Positions 25,995-35,573 of a stretch of 37,221 bases of DNA are shown one piece after another (positions within the stretch are counted from its first letter, which is position 1; each line of letters starts with the position of its first letter). Both the position numbers and the translations under genes were made by a program. The DNA comes from a virus: IMG/VR virus record IMGVR_UViG_3300029305_011681; one strand, written 5' to 3'. The notes beneath the pieces were generated by a model that had not been told where the DNA came from, ran no database searches, and saw only the letters and a program-made list of their open reading frames with translations.

Positions 25995-27822
25995 CTTTAT
26001 AAAATACTCTTTCGTTTCTATTGAAACGTCGTTTACTCTTTGTATCATAACCTAGACTTTTAATTCTCTTAGTAAAAGTACTTTGACTAACGGCTTTTAA
26101 ATTACGTTCGTCGCAAAACATCTCTTCATATTGAGCGTATACATCTTTAACAAAATGATCGTCTATATTAGGATACTCGTTTAAATAAGCTAACACGCTA
26201 TCATTATCCAAGTAGTACTGTTTAGTAGCTGTCTCAATAGTTTCACTAGTAGACATCTCTAAATTATTATCCAAAATACGTTTAACTCCAGTTAAAGCTA
26301 GATTTAATAAATAACTTTTAGCATTATCAGTACTAAGTAACTCGTCTAAATTATAAATACGTTTCTTTACTTTATTCTCAAACGGTATAATAACTAGTCT
26401 ACGACCGATACCGTCGCTCTTGTCCTTAAATACTGGTGGCTCATTAGCTGTAAATATTAGTGTAGCTGTATTTTTTAGTGTTATTGGTTGTGAGTAGATA
26501 GCTCTAGCTCCAACTGTATTACCACTAGCCATAGTTTTTAAGTTTTTAGATTTTTCTAAGTAAATAGCGTCGACGTCGTCAGCAACATTTACAACTTTAC
26601 CAACTAAACTGGTTAAACTAGTACCGTCGTCAAAGTTAGCTATATCAACGTGGCTACTTAATTCTCCAGTCCATTTGGTTATCATTTCCACAAAAGTAGA
26701 TTTACCATTAGCTCCACTACCCGTTAAGAAGAATATTTTATGAGGGAACTTATCCACAAGTAAAATGTGTCCTAAGATTTCCTCTAATACTATTCTCATA
26801 TCTTCCCTATTACAACATATAAAGTTTATAAAGTCGTCTACGTTTTTATCAAAAGCGTTAGGATCATAACTAACATCAAGATAAAAGGGAGTAAAACCAC
26901 AGTCATAATTAACAACGTTATCCTCAACAATTACTCCATTACGTAATTTAACATTAAACTTTTGTTTACTATCTACTAAATCAGCGTAGATATATAGTTG
27001 AGCTTCTAGTTCGGTCATTTGACTACGCCTAAGTTTAAGATGTTTATTTATAGCTTTATTGAGTTTTATCTTATCTTTAGAATAGTTAAGACCGTCCTTA
27101 AAATATAAACTGTAGTTATATATTTTAATATCTAGTTCTTTTACTATAAACTCAGCAAAACTTATCATATCTTTAGGGTCGCCGTTATATTGACCGTTAT
27201 TATTTATTTCTAAATTACTAACACTCTCAACAAGAGTACCTAGTTCTTTAGTTTCTAATTTTTCGCCTAGTATCACATCATTTACAAAGTTAGCGATATT
27301 ATTTATATCCAGCTCTCTTTTTTGTTCTCTTATTAACCTTAGGTGGTAAAAAAGTGAATTATTGCGTCCATCTCCGTCAGCCAAACCAGTAATATTTTTA
27401 GCTTTAGGTAGTGGGTACATTTCTACTGGTAGAGGTGGTAAATCTTTTAAACTTATTTCTCTATTAGCCTCACGCATTTTACCTTTATGTTTTACGATAG
27501 CGTAAGACCTTGTACCAGTCTTATAATCTACTTGAAAACCACCAACGGTTATTTTATCAGCTCCATTTTTTATAACTACATCACTAGGCTTAGAGTAGTA
27601 AAAGTGGATACCTCTTGTAGTTTTAATTGTGAGTGTAGGATAATGTTGTATAAAATAACCAATTATCCCATTCTCATTATCGTTATCATTATCAAAGTCT
27701 ACTACAACTACTTTATTATTTAGTAGTAAACCCGCATTATCTAACTTATCTAAAGAGGTATATGTTATGTCAAAAGATGTTACGGGTTGTTTCTCCTCGT
27801 TCAATTCTATAAACTTTAACAT
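25990..27822 (-). CDS. phage primase/helicase (Prim-Pol-like N-terminus, D5/P4-type SF3 helicase C-terminus)
   Basis: KVVVVDFDNDNDNENGIIGYF...; FFLTGSGANGKSTFVEMI Walker A; VNVADDVDA; LKNTATLIFTANEPP; DGIGRRLVIIPF. Confidence 0.9.
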   Translation of the reverse strand: MLKFIELNEEKQPVTSFDITYTSLDKLDNAGLLLNNKVVVVDFDNDNDNENGIIGYFIQHYPTLTIKTTRGIHFYYSKPSDVVIKNGADKITVGGFQVDYKTGTRSYAIVKHKGKMREANREISLKDLPPLPVEMYPLPKAKNITGLADGDGRNNSLFYHLRLIREQKRELDINNIANFVNDVILGEKLETKELGTLVESVSNLEINNNGQYNGDPKDMISFAEFIVKELDIKIYNYSLYFKDGLNYSKDKIKLNKAINKHLKLRRSQMTELEAQLYIYADLVDSKQKFNVKLRNGVIVEDNVVNYDCGFTPFYLDVSYDPNAFDKNVDDFINFICCNREDMRIVLEEILGHILLVDKFPHKIFFLTGSGANGKSTFVEMITKWTGELSSHVDIANFDDGTSLTSLVGKVVNVADDVDAIYLEKSKNLKTMASGNTVGARAIYSQPITLKNTATLIFTANEPPVFKDKSDGIGRRLVIIPFENKVKKRIYNLDELLSTDNAKSYLLNLALTGVKRILDNNLEMSTSETIETATKQYYLDNDSVLAYLNEYPNIDDHFVKDVYAQYEEMFCDERNLKAVSQSTFTKRIKSLGYDTKSKRRFNRNERVFYKV

Positions 27823-27833
27823 TTTATACCTCC

Positions 27834-29555
27834 TTAGTACAAGTTTTTATTACATAGGTTAATATAATAATTAAGATCTAGCTTAGATTTATCAAAAGTA
27901 CTAATATCCTCGTTATGTATGATATTATGTTCGCTGGTATTAGCTATCTTTTGGTAGCTATCGCCTTTTCTTTTATATATTCCCCAGTATTTTTTATCGT
28001 TCGTGGCAAATACACGGTTAACTTTTTGTGTTTCTACTAATTGTGTATCGCCCTCGTCTCCATATTCATAGTACATACCATTATAGGTATTACCCATTTT
28101 ACACACAATTTGAAAAGGGGCTAAATCGTTTTTCTTGTATGTATCAATTACTGTTTGATGTACTGGTATGTCGTGGATGTAATAATTAACTAAAGCTCTA
28201 TCAATAATACTAAGGCTGTTTTGCATAAAGTTTCCCCCCTCAAACTTAGAAAAACGTCCCTTAGCTTCTATATGTCCGTCCTCAAACTGTATCGCATAAT
28301 TATTTACATCACGTTGAGCTATTTTAATAATTTTATCTACGTCAAAGGTTAAACCAAACCTATTACCAAAATCTTTTACTATCTCAACAACTTTATCGTA
28401 GTCAGCTTCTTTATACTTAACTACTATACCGTCAGTATTAGACTGTATTAGTTGCGTGTATGGGCTAAGTTCTAATACTAATTGAGTTAATATTATTTGA
28501 CCGTTGATACAAATATTATTTGCTTTTCTTGGATCATACAATAAATTAAACTCACTTTTCATAGCTCCAAAAGTTGCATTGATAAGTATTTTATATACTT
28601 TTTGTTTAGGGTTTTTTTGAGCTTTATACATATATCTCGTATCTCTAAGCTCTTTAAACCTCCAAGGCTCAGCACTTGCTCTACTCATAAAATCGTCTAC
28701 TATTATCAAACTAGGATAATAACTCGATACGTCTATGTGGAGAAAAGTACCGGTAGCGTTATATTTTTCTATAGCTCCGTGAATACCACCAAAAGCGTAT
28801 ACGTGTGGTACTCCAGCTACATTTAATTTGAGCTTACGACTTTCAATTTCTTTATAGTCTCCACCACAGCGGTAGTCATACTCACATTTTTTAAAAAACT
28901 CCGCTACCTCTTTAGGTATAATATCCCAGTTAATATTTGGGTCATAATCTATATGTAACCTATCATTTGGGATATTAACTCTTTGACATTTTAATACTTT
29001 ACTAGCTAAAATAGCTCTAGTCTTTTTAACGTATGGTACTGGTAAATTAAACTCGTTAACTATTTCAAACTTAGCTTGAAAATAGTCTTGTCTTTTTTTG
29101 AATAACATCTCAGTATCTTTAACGTCGTTTTTACAATAACCAATAAGTAACTCTAATTCCTCTTTAGTGCAAGGTCTATCTAAGTTAAAATCAATAGGAG
29201 TTTCTACAATACTCATACCTAAATTAGCTTGGCTTGATTTAAGACCAACTCCTAAAGGTAATTCTTGTATAACATCAAGAGTTATTAAATTAAGTTTATA
29301 ATTAACTTTTTCTCCAGTTATAACAAGTTTCTTACTTATTTCGTATGGATCTTTACCTAAAAGTACACCAGCTAGTACTACGTCGTCGTAGTGATAGTTG
29401 TTAAAGCCTACTAGGATACTCCTATCTTTAACAAGTTTATCAACGTAGGCTTTTAACTCTTCTCTATCATTATGTATTACTCGATAATCTTCGCCCTCTT
29501 TAAAAACCATTATCCAGTCGTGCTTTAGCACCTCAATATCGTACGTGATTATCAT
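27834..29555 (-). CDS. family-B-like DNA polymerase with 3'-5' exonuclease domain, compact (573 aa)
   Basis: Exo TYDIEVLK, GFNNYHYDD, YCKNDVKDTEML; Pol motif A DVSSYYPSL, motif B KILINATFGAM, motif C QSNTDGI. Confidence 0.85.
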   Translation of the reverse strand: MIITYDIEVLKHDWIMVFKEGEDYRVIHNDREELKAYVDKLVKDRSILVGFNNYHYDDVVLAGVLLGKDPYEISKKLVITGEKVNYKLNLITLDVIQELPLGVGLKSSQANLGMSIVETPIDFNLDRPCTKEELELLIGYCKNDVKDTEMLFKKRQDYFQAKFEIVNEFNLPVPYVKKTRAILASKVLKCQRVNIPNDRLHIDYDPNINWDIIPKEVAEFFKKCEYDYRCGGDYKEIESRKLKLNVAGVPHVYAFGGIHGAIEKYNATGTFLHIDVSSYYPSLIIVDDFMSRASAEPWRFKELRDTRYMYKAQKNPKQKVYKILINATFGAMKSEFNLLYDPRKANNICINGQIILTQLVLELSPYTQLIQSNTDGIVVKYKEADYDKVVEIVKDFGNRFGLTFDVDKIIKIAQRDVNNYAIQFEDGHIEAKGRFSKFEGGNFMQNSLSIIDRALVNYYIHDIPVHQTVIDTYKKNDLAPFQIVCKMGNTYNGMYYEYGDEGDTQLVETQKVNRVFATNDKKYWGIYKRKGDSYQKIANTSEHNIIHNEDISTFDKSKLDLNYYINLCNKNLY

Positions 29556-29570
29556 AGTAACACCTCCGTA

Positions 29571-29993
29571 CTATTGTAGTGGCGTTACTTTATAATTAGT
29601 AAAGTCATTTTTACTTGTTGACTGACTAACTGTAGCTTGATTTCCAGCCATAGTGTTTAATGTTTCAGCCAAACTTTCGTAACTAGTAAACGCGTCAGTT
29701 GGTAACTCATAACCAAACTCATAAGCTAATTTAGTGATAGCTTTGATACTACGTTCAATAGTTTTTTCAGTAAAGAAGAAATTAACAAAAATTAGTCTAT
29801 TTTCATAATCTCCACTCATAACACTAAACTTAAAACTTATCCAGTTAGTGCCTTTTTCACTCTTTCTAGCTGTTACATCCTCTAATAAACAGTCATAGTC
29901 CCCGTCCGGTAATTTTTCAAAATCGTCCACTTTATCCACAGCTGGATCAAAGTTCTCCATAGTTTTAGTAGCAATACTTAATAAATCGTCCAT
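29571..29993 (-). CDS. DUF669-like protein, probable ssDNA-associated
   Basis: GDYDCLLEDVTARKSEKGTNWISFKFSVMSGDYENRLIFVNFFFTEKT. Confidence 0.65.
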   Translation of the reverse strand: MDDLLSIATKTMENFDPAVDKVDDFEKLPDGDYDCLLEDVTARKSEKGTNWISFKFSVMSGDYENRLIFVNFFFTEKTIERSIKAITKLAYEFGYELPTDAFTSYESLAETLNTMAGNQATVSQSTSKNDFTNYKVTPLQ

Positions 29994-29995
29994 AA

Positions 29996-30355
29996 TTATT
30001 TATCCTCCTTAACAATTTCAATTTCGTATCCTAGTTCCTTGCATATTTCAGCAACTGTCATTTTTTTAGGTTTTTCTTTTCTTGTATATACCTCGTCATA
30101 CATACCCGGTCTTTCAACTTTTACAATATCATTAGCTTTATCATTACCGTCGTAGGTCATATCTTCATTTAATTCAAATAAGTATAATAATGAATTATTA
30201 TTACTTTCGTTTAAATCTCTAAACTCTTCTTCGGTTGCGTCATAAAGTAATCTATCTCCATTTCTAAGAGTTACTATATCTCCAGTTATTAAATCGCTTT
30301 TATATTCAATAGTTGGTACATATCTAAAAGTTGTAAATCTATGTGTATTATCCAT
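29996..30355 (-). CDS. hypothetical protein (119 aa)
   Basis: ORF in replication operon with RBS. Confidence 0.6.
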   Translation of the reverse strand: MDNTHRFTTFRYVPTIEYKSDLITGDIVTLRNGDRLLYDATEEEFRDLNESNNNSLLYLFELNEDMTYDGNDKANDIVKVERPGMYDEVYTRKEKPKKMTVAEICKELGYEIEIVKEDK

Positions 30356-30549
30356 TATATAATTTCCTCACTTTCATTATTTATATTTTCTAAAGTTTTG
30401 ATTTGTTTATCTAAATATTCTAAGTGTTTTTCGTGTAATTCCTTTAATTGTTTCTTTTGTTTATATTCGCCTACTAACATATAAACACCGTGTATTAGTA
30501 ATACGATCATTACTAATATCGCTAATATCCAATATATAATTGACAACAT
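30355..30549 (-). CDS. small membrane protein (64 aa)
   Basis: N-terminal TM followed by a coiled-coil. Confidence 0.6.
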   Translation of the reverse strand: MLSIIYWILAILVMIVLLIHGVYMLVGEYKQKKQLKELHEKHLEYLDKQIKTLENINNESEEII

Positions 30550-30749
30550 TATTTTTTTCCTCCTACATCACTAACTTTTTTATATTCACGTTTAGCTTTA
30601 CGTTCACGTGCCTTTTGTAAATCAGCTTTTAATTCTTCGTTTTCTTTTTCTAATTTTCTAGTGTCATATTTAAAAGCTATTGCACCGACACCGATTACAA
30701 ATACTACAAATAGTATCAATATTCCAAAAATAAACTCTAGTATATTCAT
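30549..30749 (-). CDS. small membrane/coiled-coil protein (66 aa)
   Basis: N-terminal TM, KLEKENEELKADLQKARERKAKREYK. Confidence 0.6.
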   Translation of the reverse strand: MNILEFIFGILILFVVFVIGVGAIAFKYDTRKLEKENEELKADLQKARERKAKREYKKVSDVGGKK

Positions 30750-31492
30750 TATTCATTTACCTCAGCTTTCTTTAGCGGTACGGCTTTAAGTGGACTTTTT
30801 GCTTGTTGTCCGTTTTCTTGTCCGCCTTTAACTGGACTAGAAACTGGGAAAACACCTTTGACATTTTTAAGTATTTCTAATACTTGTTTATCCTTAACAT
30901 CAGCCTCGTTATAATTATCACGTTTACTATCACAAAGTTGTAAGTAAGTTTGACCTACTTTTCTACATTTGATAGACATATCACAACGTCCCATACACAT
31001 ATTGTAGTATTTTTGTTCTAGGCTAGGTCTTTCGATAGTTTGATTATCTTCAGTAATTTCAGTAATATGTGATATGAAAATCACATTATAAGGTAATTGA
31101 TTTAGTCTAACCATTAACTTTTGCCATACCATTTTTACCTCACGATAACCTTTTCCATAAGGCACCTCTCCCTCGTCGTCTACTCCGTATTTTTTACAAA
31201 CGTAATTTTGTAGCATTGTTTTAACGTCGTCCACTAGGTCGATAATAATAGTTTTAAAATCGTGTTTACCCTCTTCAATTTCTTGTAGTACTTTTACAAA
31301 AGTTTCAAAGTCGTAAACCTCTACACTAGGAGTATCAACTTTTTTAGCGTTACCGTCAGTATTTATAATTACTGGGTTAGGAAATTGACGAGCTAAGTAA
31401 GTTTTACCACTCATACTTTGACCCCATATAAAGAATACTTTAGGGGTAATATCTTTTTCTTTTGGTTTATTCGTTGGTAATAACATCTTCAA
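30749..31492 (-). CDS. AAA_24/Sak4-like ATPase
   Basis: FFIWGQSMSGKTYLARQFP Walker A; TIIIDLVDDV Walker B; YNVIFISHI. Confidence 0.8.
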   Translation of the reverse strand: MKMLLPTNKPKEKDITPKVFFIWGQSMSGKTYLARQFPNPVIINTDGNAKKVDTPSVEVYDFETFVKVLQEIEEGKHDFKTIIIDLVDDVKTMLQNYVCKKYGVDDEGEVPYGKGYREVKMVWQKLMVRLNQLPYNVIFISHITEITEDNQTIERPSLEQKYYNMCMGRCDMSIKCRKVGQTYLQLCDSKRDNYNEADVKDKQVLEILKNVKGVFPVSSPVKGGQENGQQAKSPLKAVPLKKAEVNE

Positions 31493-31724
31493 CTACCTCC
31501 TCAATTACAATTTCTTCTATATTTGTTGTTACAATTATTGGTACGTAAGTATGCTCCATATCTTTTTTATTTAAAAACTCACATACATTAGTAGCCATAG
31601 TTTCATTAACAAAGTCTAAACCAGCTTCTACTATGTTTCCTACTCGTATGTTATATTGTTCGATAGTATTAACATAAACATAGCTATCGTTAGCTTGTTT
31701 ATATCCAATTAAATATTTTTTCAT
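31467..31724 (-). CDS. hypothetical protein (85 aa)
   Basis: ORF, RBS, overlap with neighbour. Confidence 0.55.
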   Translation of the reverse strand: MKKYLIGYKQANDSYVYVNTIEQYNIRVGNIVEAGLDFVNETMATNVCEFLNKKDMEHTYVPIIVTTNIEEIVIEEVVEDVITNE

Positions 31725-31726
31725 TA

Positions 31727-31891
31727 TTTATCCTCCTTTATTTCTTCGTTATTAGTTATGTTTAAATTAATTTTTTCAAAATTACCATTTTCACTAGGAC
31801 AATACCAACTTATATTTTTAATATTTGTTGGTAGGTCGCCAAAATGTTTTAAACTGTCTACCAATTCGTTTATCAATTCGCTTGTTGTCAT
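31727..31891 (-). CDS. hypothetical protein (54 aa), absent from the supplied track
   Basis: ATG at 31891, GGAGG upstream; MTTSELINELVDSLKHFGDLPTNIKNISWYCPSENGNFEKINLNITNNEEIKGG*. Confidence 0.65.
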
Positions 31892-32845
31892 TTAAGCCTC
31901 CTTTTTACTTGTAATTAAGATATAACCTTTTTTATTTGTAGTTTTAGTTACTTTATATTTGTTATAGATCTCTTCGTTTTCTTCTTTAAGTTTAGCTGTA
32001 TCTATACTAACTGTATCGTATGATGTAGGAGCTACTTTTGTAATTTTCATAGTACCAGTATCAAACGATACAATACCTTTTTCCTCAAATAAGTTATATA
32101 AAGTTTCTTTAGCTTTTTTATACTGAGTTTCAATATCTTTCATAGCATTTAATTGAGTTTCTAAAGTAGCTACTTGATTAACCGTTTCTACTAAATCAGT
32201 TCCCCAAAATCTAATATTAAACTCTTCCTCAGTCATTTCTTTATTGATTTTCATTTCTTCTACTACATTTTTAAAAGCGTTGATACGATCCTCTATATAA
32301 TTCCATAAATTAGCGTCTCTATAAATTGTGTGAGTAACGATATTATTTTCGTCAAACTCTAAATTAAAGTAGCTATCGTCATTTTCCAAGTCATAATCAA
32401 CACCAGTATAAAAGTCAACGGGTCTTTTGTATCCAACTAGTAAACAAGCGTCTTGATTAAATGTTTCCATATAAAACTGACATTGAGCCGTATAATATTC
32501 AACATCTAGGTCATCCCCAAAAGTTTTAATTTCTAAGATAGGTACGTCAGCTCCACGATCTATACCGTCCGTATTTCCTCTATACCCACGTTCACTATCA
32601 ACAATAGTATCCTCTAGGTAATTAACACCGTATAAAGAGTTAATATAGTCTCTTATAACTGGCTCCATTTTTTGACCGTATTTAGTAAATTGATTACCTT
32701 TAAATGAATTTGGTATAATACCAGCTTTTTCTCTAGCAAAATCATAAATACTTTTTCCATATTTACTATTAAGTCCTAATATAGTTGGTAAATCACTACC
32801 ACCAACGTACTTATGACGATCTACGGTTACGTTGGGGTTACTCAT
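31892..32845 (-). CDS. YqaJ-like viral recombinase/exonuclease
   Basis: GGSDLPTILGLN...GQKMEPVIRDYI...GNTDGIDRGADVPILEIKTF...YYTAQCQFYM; start ATG at 32845 likelier than 32863. Confidence 0.85.
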   Translation of the reverse strand: MSNPNVTVDRHKYVGGSDLPTILGLNSKYGKSIYDFAREKAGIIPNSFKGNQFTKYGQKMEPVIRDYINSLYGVNYLEDTIVDSERGYRGNTDGIDRGADVPILEIKTFGDDLDVEYYTAQCQFYMETFNQDACLLVGYKRPVDFYTGVDYDLENDDSYFNLEFDENNIVTHTIYRDANLWNYIEDRINAFKNVVEEMKINKEMTEEEFNIRFWGTDLVETVNQVATLETQLNAMKDIETQYKKAKETLYNLFEEKGIVSFDTGTMKITKVAPTSYDTVSIDTAKLKEENEEIYNKYKVTKTTNKKGYILITSKKEA

Positions 32846-33137
32846 TTCGATTAACCTCCTCACTACCTACCATATTTTTTATAAGTTCAAACTCTTCTTT
32901 ACTACATTTTAAATCTCTCAAAATACTTTTTTCAGCTCCAGCTAGAGTAAGTAATAAAGATAATCTACCACCCTCAACCTCTAATTTGGTATTTCCATTC
33001 TCACTGTCTATATGTATTTTACAAGGTTTAGTTATTGCCTCTTCACAAGCTCCGCTCATTTCTCCAATTTTATCGGCTAATGTATCTATTACAGTATTTA
33101 ATAAACTATTTAATTTTTCTTTTAATTCTTTATCCAT
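32838..33137 (-). CDS. hypothetical protein (99 aa)
   Basis: ORF in operon. Confidence 0.6.
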   Translation of the reverse strand: MDKELKEKLNSLLNTVIDTLADKIGEMSGACEEAITKPCKIHIDSENGNTKLEVEGGRLSLLLTLAGAEKSILRDLKCSKEEFELIKNMVGSEEVNRNE

Positions 33138-34305
33138 TTTTTAAGGTCTCCTTTTCCCATAAATTATAATTAAAGTCTTGTTTACTATCTAAGGCTCTAT
33201 AAATATCAACCTCAATAGTATCGTCAGTAACAAACTTATAAGCCGTTACTTTTTTCGTTTGTCCGTTACGGTAACATCTACCATACGACTGGTAATACTC
33301 GGTATAACTTTCAGTAGGACTAAAATAAATTATTATGTTAGCATACGTAAACTCTACCGCTTCACTACCACTTTTATAATTAGCTAGTGTAACAGTATTT
33401 TTGATACTATCCCACTCGCTCTTTTTTGGATAATTTTTTTCGTATCCATTACATATAAATAATTCTTTATCAATACTACTTTTTAACATTTCTAACTCAG
33501 TATCGTAGTTGTAAAAAATTATTATATTGTCGTTTGTATTTTCTACAAACTCCTTAATATACTCAACTTTACTTTTTAAATTAGTGTTGAGCCTTAAACC
33601 GTGTCTTAATTTCATTTGATTATCGTATAGGACATTGTCATAAACTCTATCTTTTTTTATTACTTTATATATCGCTGAGGCTTTAAAGTGTATATCTTCA
33701 AATACCAAAGGTGGTAAATCTGTAGCCTCGTCTTTGGATAATCTCCTTGATATAGATTTCCACATATTCTTTAATTTGTTTTCATTTCTCCAACCTAGTA
33801 TCTCCATATATCCCATATCTATTGAGGTAATAGCATTATTACGTATAAATGATGTTTTATTTTTGGTAAGACCAAATATCTTAAAGTAGTTAATACTATC
33901 TTCCCAACCGTTAGGTATTGGAGTAGCACTAAGTAGGATATATCCACTAGCTATTTTAGTAAGATTATAACCAGCTTTCCCCCATACTCCAGTAGAGTTT
34001 TTTAATCGGTGGCACTCGTCAAATATTACAAAATAGTCTTTATATTCGCTGTATTTTTTACTAAGCATATTATAAGTACAAGTATCGTACTCTATTTGTG
34101 GGTAGTGTTCCTCAATAGTACGTTGCCACCCTCCCTCGTTTATTTTAGACGCTGGAGCTACGATCAATAGCTTCTTATCTTTATAATAAGTTTGGTGGTG
34201 GTGCAACCCCATTATTGTTTTACCCGTTCCAGTATCCATATCGTAGATGTAATTAGGTTTGACGTGTTTAAAGTATTCGTCTTGATATTTATATAATGTT
34301 ATCAA
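33130..34305 (-). CDS. SNF2/SF2 helicase
   Basis: DMDTGTGKTIMGLHHH; IIFDECHRLKN; LLSATPIPNG; YYQSYGRCYRNGQTKKV. Confidence 0.9.
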   Translation of the reverse strand: MITLYKYQDEYFKHVKPNYIYDMDTGTGKTIMGLHHHQTYYKDKKLLIVAPASKINEGGWQRTIEEHYPQIEYDTCTYNMLSKKYSEYKDYFVIFDECHRLKNSTGVWGKAGYNLTKIASGYILLSATPIPNGWEDSINYFKIFGLTKNKTSFIRNNAITSIDMGYMEILGWRNENKLKNMWKSISRRLSKDEATDLPPLVFEDIHFKASAIYKVIKKDRVYDNVLYDNQMKLRHGLRLNTNLKSKVEYIKEFVENTNDNIIIFYNYDTELEMLKSSIDKELFICNGYEKNYPKKSEWDSIKNTVTLANYKSGSEAVEFTYANIIIYFSPTESYTEYYQSYGRCYRNGQTKKVTAYKFVTDDTIEVDIYRALDSKQDFNYNLWEKETLKNG

Positions 34306-34599
34306 TTACTCGGTCTCTCTCCAGTCAATTTGATATAAAACATCCTCGACGTCTTTAACACATCTAGCGACTAAACTATATCCTCCAGCCTCTTTTATCA
34401 TTTTTAAGTTAATATCTTGGAGTGGGCTAGTTTTTCCAGTTTCGTTTTTAACCTCTATACCTATAAAATAGCCTTTATAACAAGCTATAATATCCGGTAC
34501 ACCTACTTGACTAAACTGGTTACCGTGATGTTTAAAATAATATGCTCCTTTAGATTTCAAATAGTTTTTTATTTTATTCTCAACATTTTTTTCTCTCAT
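34306..34599 (-). CDS. VRR-NUC nuclease
   Basis: YFKHHGNQFSQVGVPDIIACYKGYFIGIEVKNETGKTSPLQ. Confidence 0.9.
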   Translation of the reverse strand: MREKNVENKIKNYLKSKGAYYFKHHGNQFSQVGVPDIIACYKGYFIGIEVKNETGKTSPLQDINLKMIKEAGGYSLVARCVKDVEDVLYQIDWRETE

Positions 34600-34651
34600 T
34601 GTTATTTTTTCCTATATATGATAAAATGTAAGAGTAAATAATTGATAGATA

Positions 34652-34918
34652 TTATTTATATGTGTGTCTTACAGTACCAGTGTTTGACACACTTTTTGTT
34701 TGTTCTTCTAAATCTTCGTAAATCATACCAGCGGTAATTAAACAAATAAAAAATGTTAATAAACCTACCCAAGTCCAACCATATAGATTTCCCGTTATCC
34801 AGCTATGTACGGTTAACATATAAATATCGTGTAATATTATTGATACACAAAATATAAATAAAAGTAGTTTTATAACATTTTTCCATTTAACTTTCAATTT
34901 TTTCGTTTTCATAAGCAT
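34652..34918 (-). CDS. small membrane protein
   Basis: Two hydrophobic segments; ATG at 34918 with GAGAGG upstream favoured over 34939. Confidence 0.55.
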   Translation of the reverse strand: MLMKTKKLKVKWKNVIKLLLFIFCVSIILHDIYMLTVHSWITGNLYGWTWVGLLTFFICLITAGMIYEDLEEQTKSVSNTGTVRHTYK

Positions 34919-35111
34919 TGATCCTCTCAATTCCAACATAGTTTTTTAATAATTCATAAGACACGTGATACGTCCACTCACTAGACGTTAAGACAGCACT
35001 ACCTATTGGTATCCTTTGCTGTTGTAAACCTAATCTCACAAACTGTTTAGATTTACCTAAAATCTCAGCTACGATATATATAGGTATGTCTTTCATTTCA
35101 CTTAAAGGCAT
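34887..35111 (-). CDS. excisionase/MerR-like small DNA-binding protein
   Basis: DIPIYIVAEILGKSKQFVRLGLQQQRIPIGSAV; early position after Cro-like gene. Confidence 0.6.
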   Translation of the reverse strand: MPLSEMKDIPIYIVAEILGKSKQFVRLGLQQQRIPIGSAVLTSSEWTYHVSYELLKNYVGIERINAYENEKIES

Positions 35112-35125
35112 AATATCCTCTCCTA

Positions 35126-35140
35126 TCTCGCTTGACTTTT
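35126..35140 (-). repeat. 15-bp repeat, inverted copy of 36076-36090
   Basis: Minus strand AAAAGTCAAGCGAGA. Confidence 0.7.
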
Positions 35141-35147
35141 ACTTTTT

Positions 35148-35164
35148 TGACGATTTAATCGTCA
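35148..35164. promoter_or_regulatory. candidate repressor operator
   Basis: Perfect palindrome TGACGATTTAATCGTCA, overlapping the stop codon of the Cro-like gene. Confidence 0.7.
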
Positions 35165-35400
35165 TTGACTGGTAAAAAAATAATATCGTCATAAGTCAAC
35201 CCAGTGGCTTTTTCGATATTAGGTATATCTTTAACAGTAGGATATGTTTTGTATGTTTCCCAGTTAAAGATAACATCTTTTGTTACACCCTCAATACCGA
35301 GATTTCTATATAAGTCAGCCATTTCTTCTAATGTCTTTCCCATATTAACCCGTATCGCTTTGAGTGTTAATTTAATTCTCTTTTGTTGCTGTGTTACCAT
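35155..35400 (-). CDS. Cro-like XRE-family regulator
   Basis: MVTQQQKRIKLTLKAIRVNMGKTLEEMADL...; ATG at 35400 with GGGAGG upstream; directly downstream of strong early promoter. Confidence 0.75.
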   Translation of the reverse strand: MVTQQQKRIKLTLKAIRVNMGKTLEEMADLYRNLGIEGVTKDVIFNWETYKTYPTVKDIPNIEKATGLTYDDIIFLPVNDD

Positions 35401-35425
35401 TCTTACACCTCCCTCGTACAATACA

Positions 35426-35454
35426 AGTATACGACGATTAAATCGTCAAGTCAA
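35426..35454 (-). promoter_or_regulatory. early lytic promoter with operator in the spacer
   Basis: -35 TTGACT, 17-bp spacer TGACGATTTAATCGTCG, -10 TATACT. Confidence 0.85.
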
Positions 35455-35515
35455 TAACTTTTTTATAATTTTTTTGTAATTTTTACGATAAAATCACAAA
35501 ATATAGGTATATCTA

Positions 35516-35544
35516 TTGTAAAATTGACGATTTTATCGTATAAT
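35516..35544 (+). promoter_or_regulatory. repressor maintenance promoter with degenerate operator
   Basis: -35 TTGTAA, 17-bp spacer, -10 TATAAT; near-operator TGACGATTTTATCGTA at 35525-35540. Confidence 0.8.
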
Positions 35545-35573
35545 GTGAGTGTAAAGGAGGTTGCAGTACATAT

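Noticed and set aside
33130-34599. Helicase plus nuclease pair as a novel defence system
   Set aside because: SNF2-type helicase plus VRR-NUC is a routine part of this type of phage replication module and sits inside the early operon.
35524-35529. TTGACG as -35 of the repressor promoter
   Set aside because: It is only 9 bp from the TATAAT; TTGTAA at 35516-35521 gives the correct 17-bp spacing.
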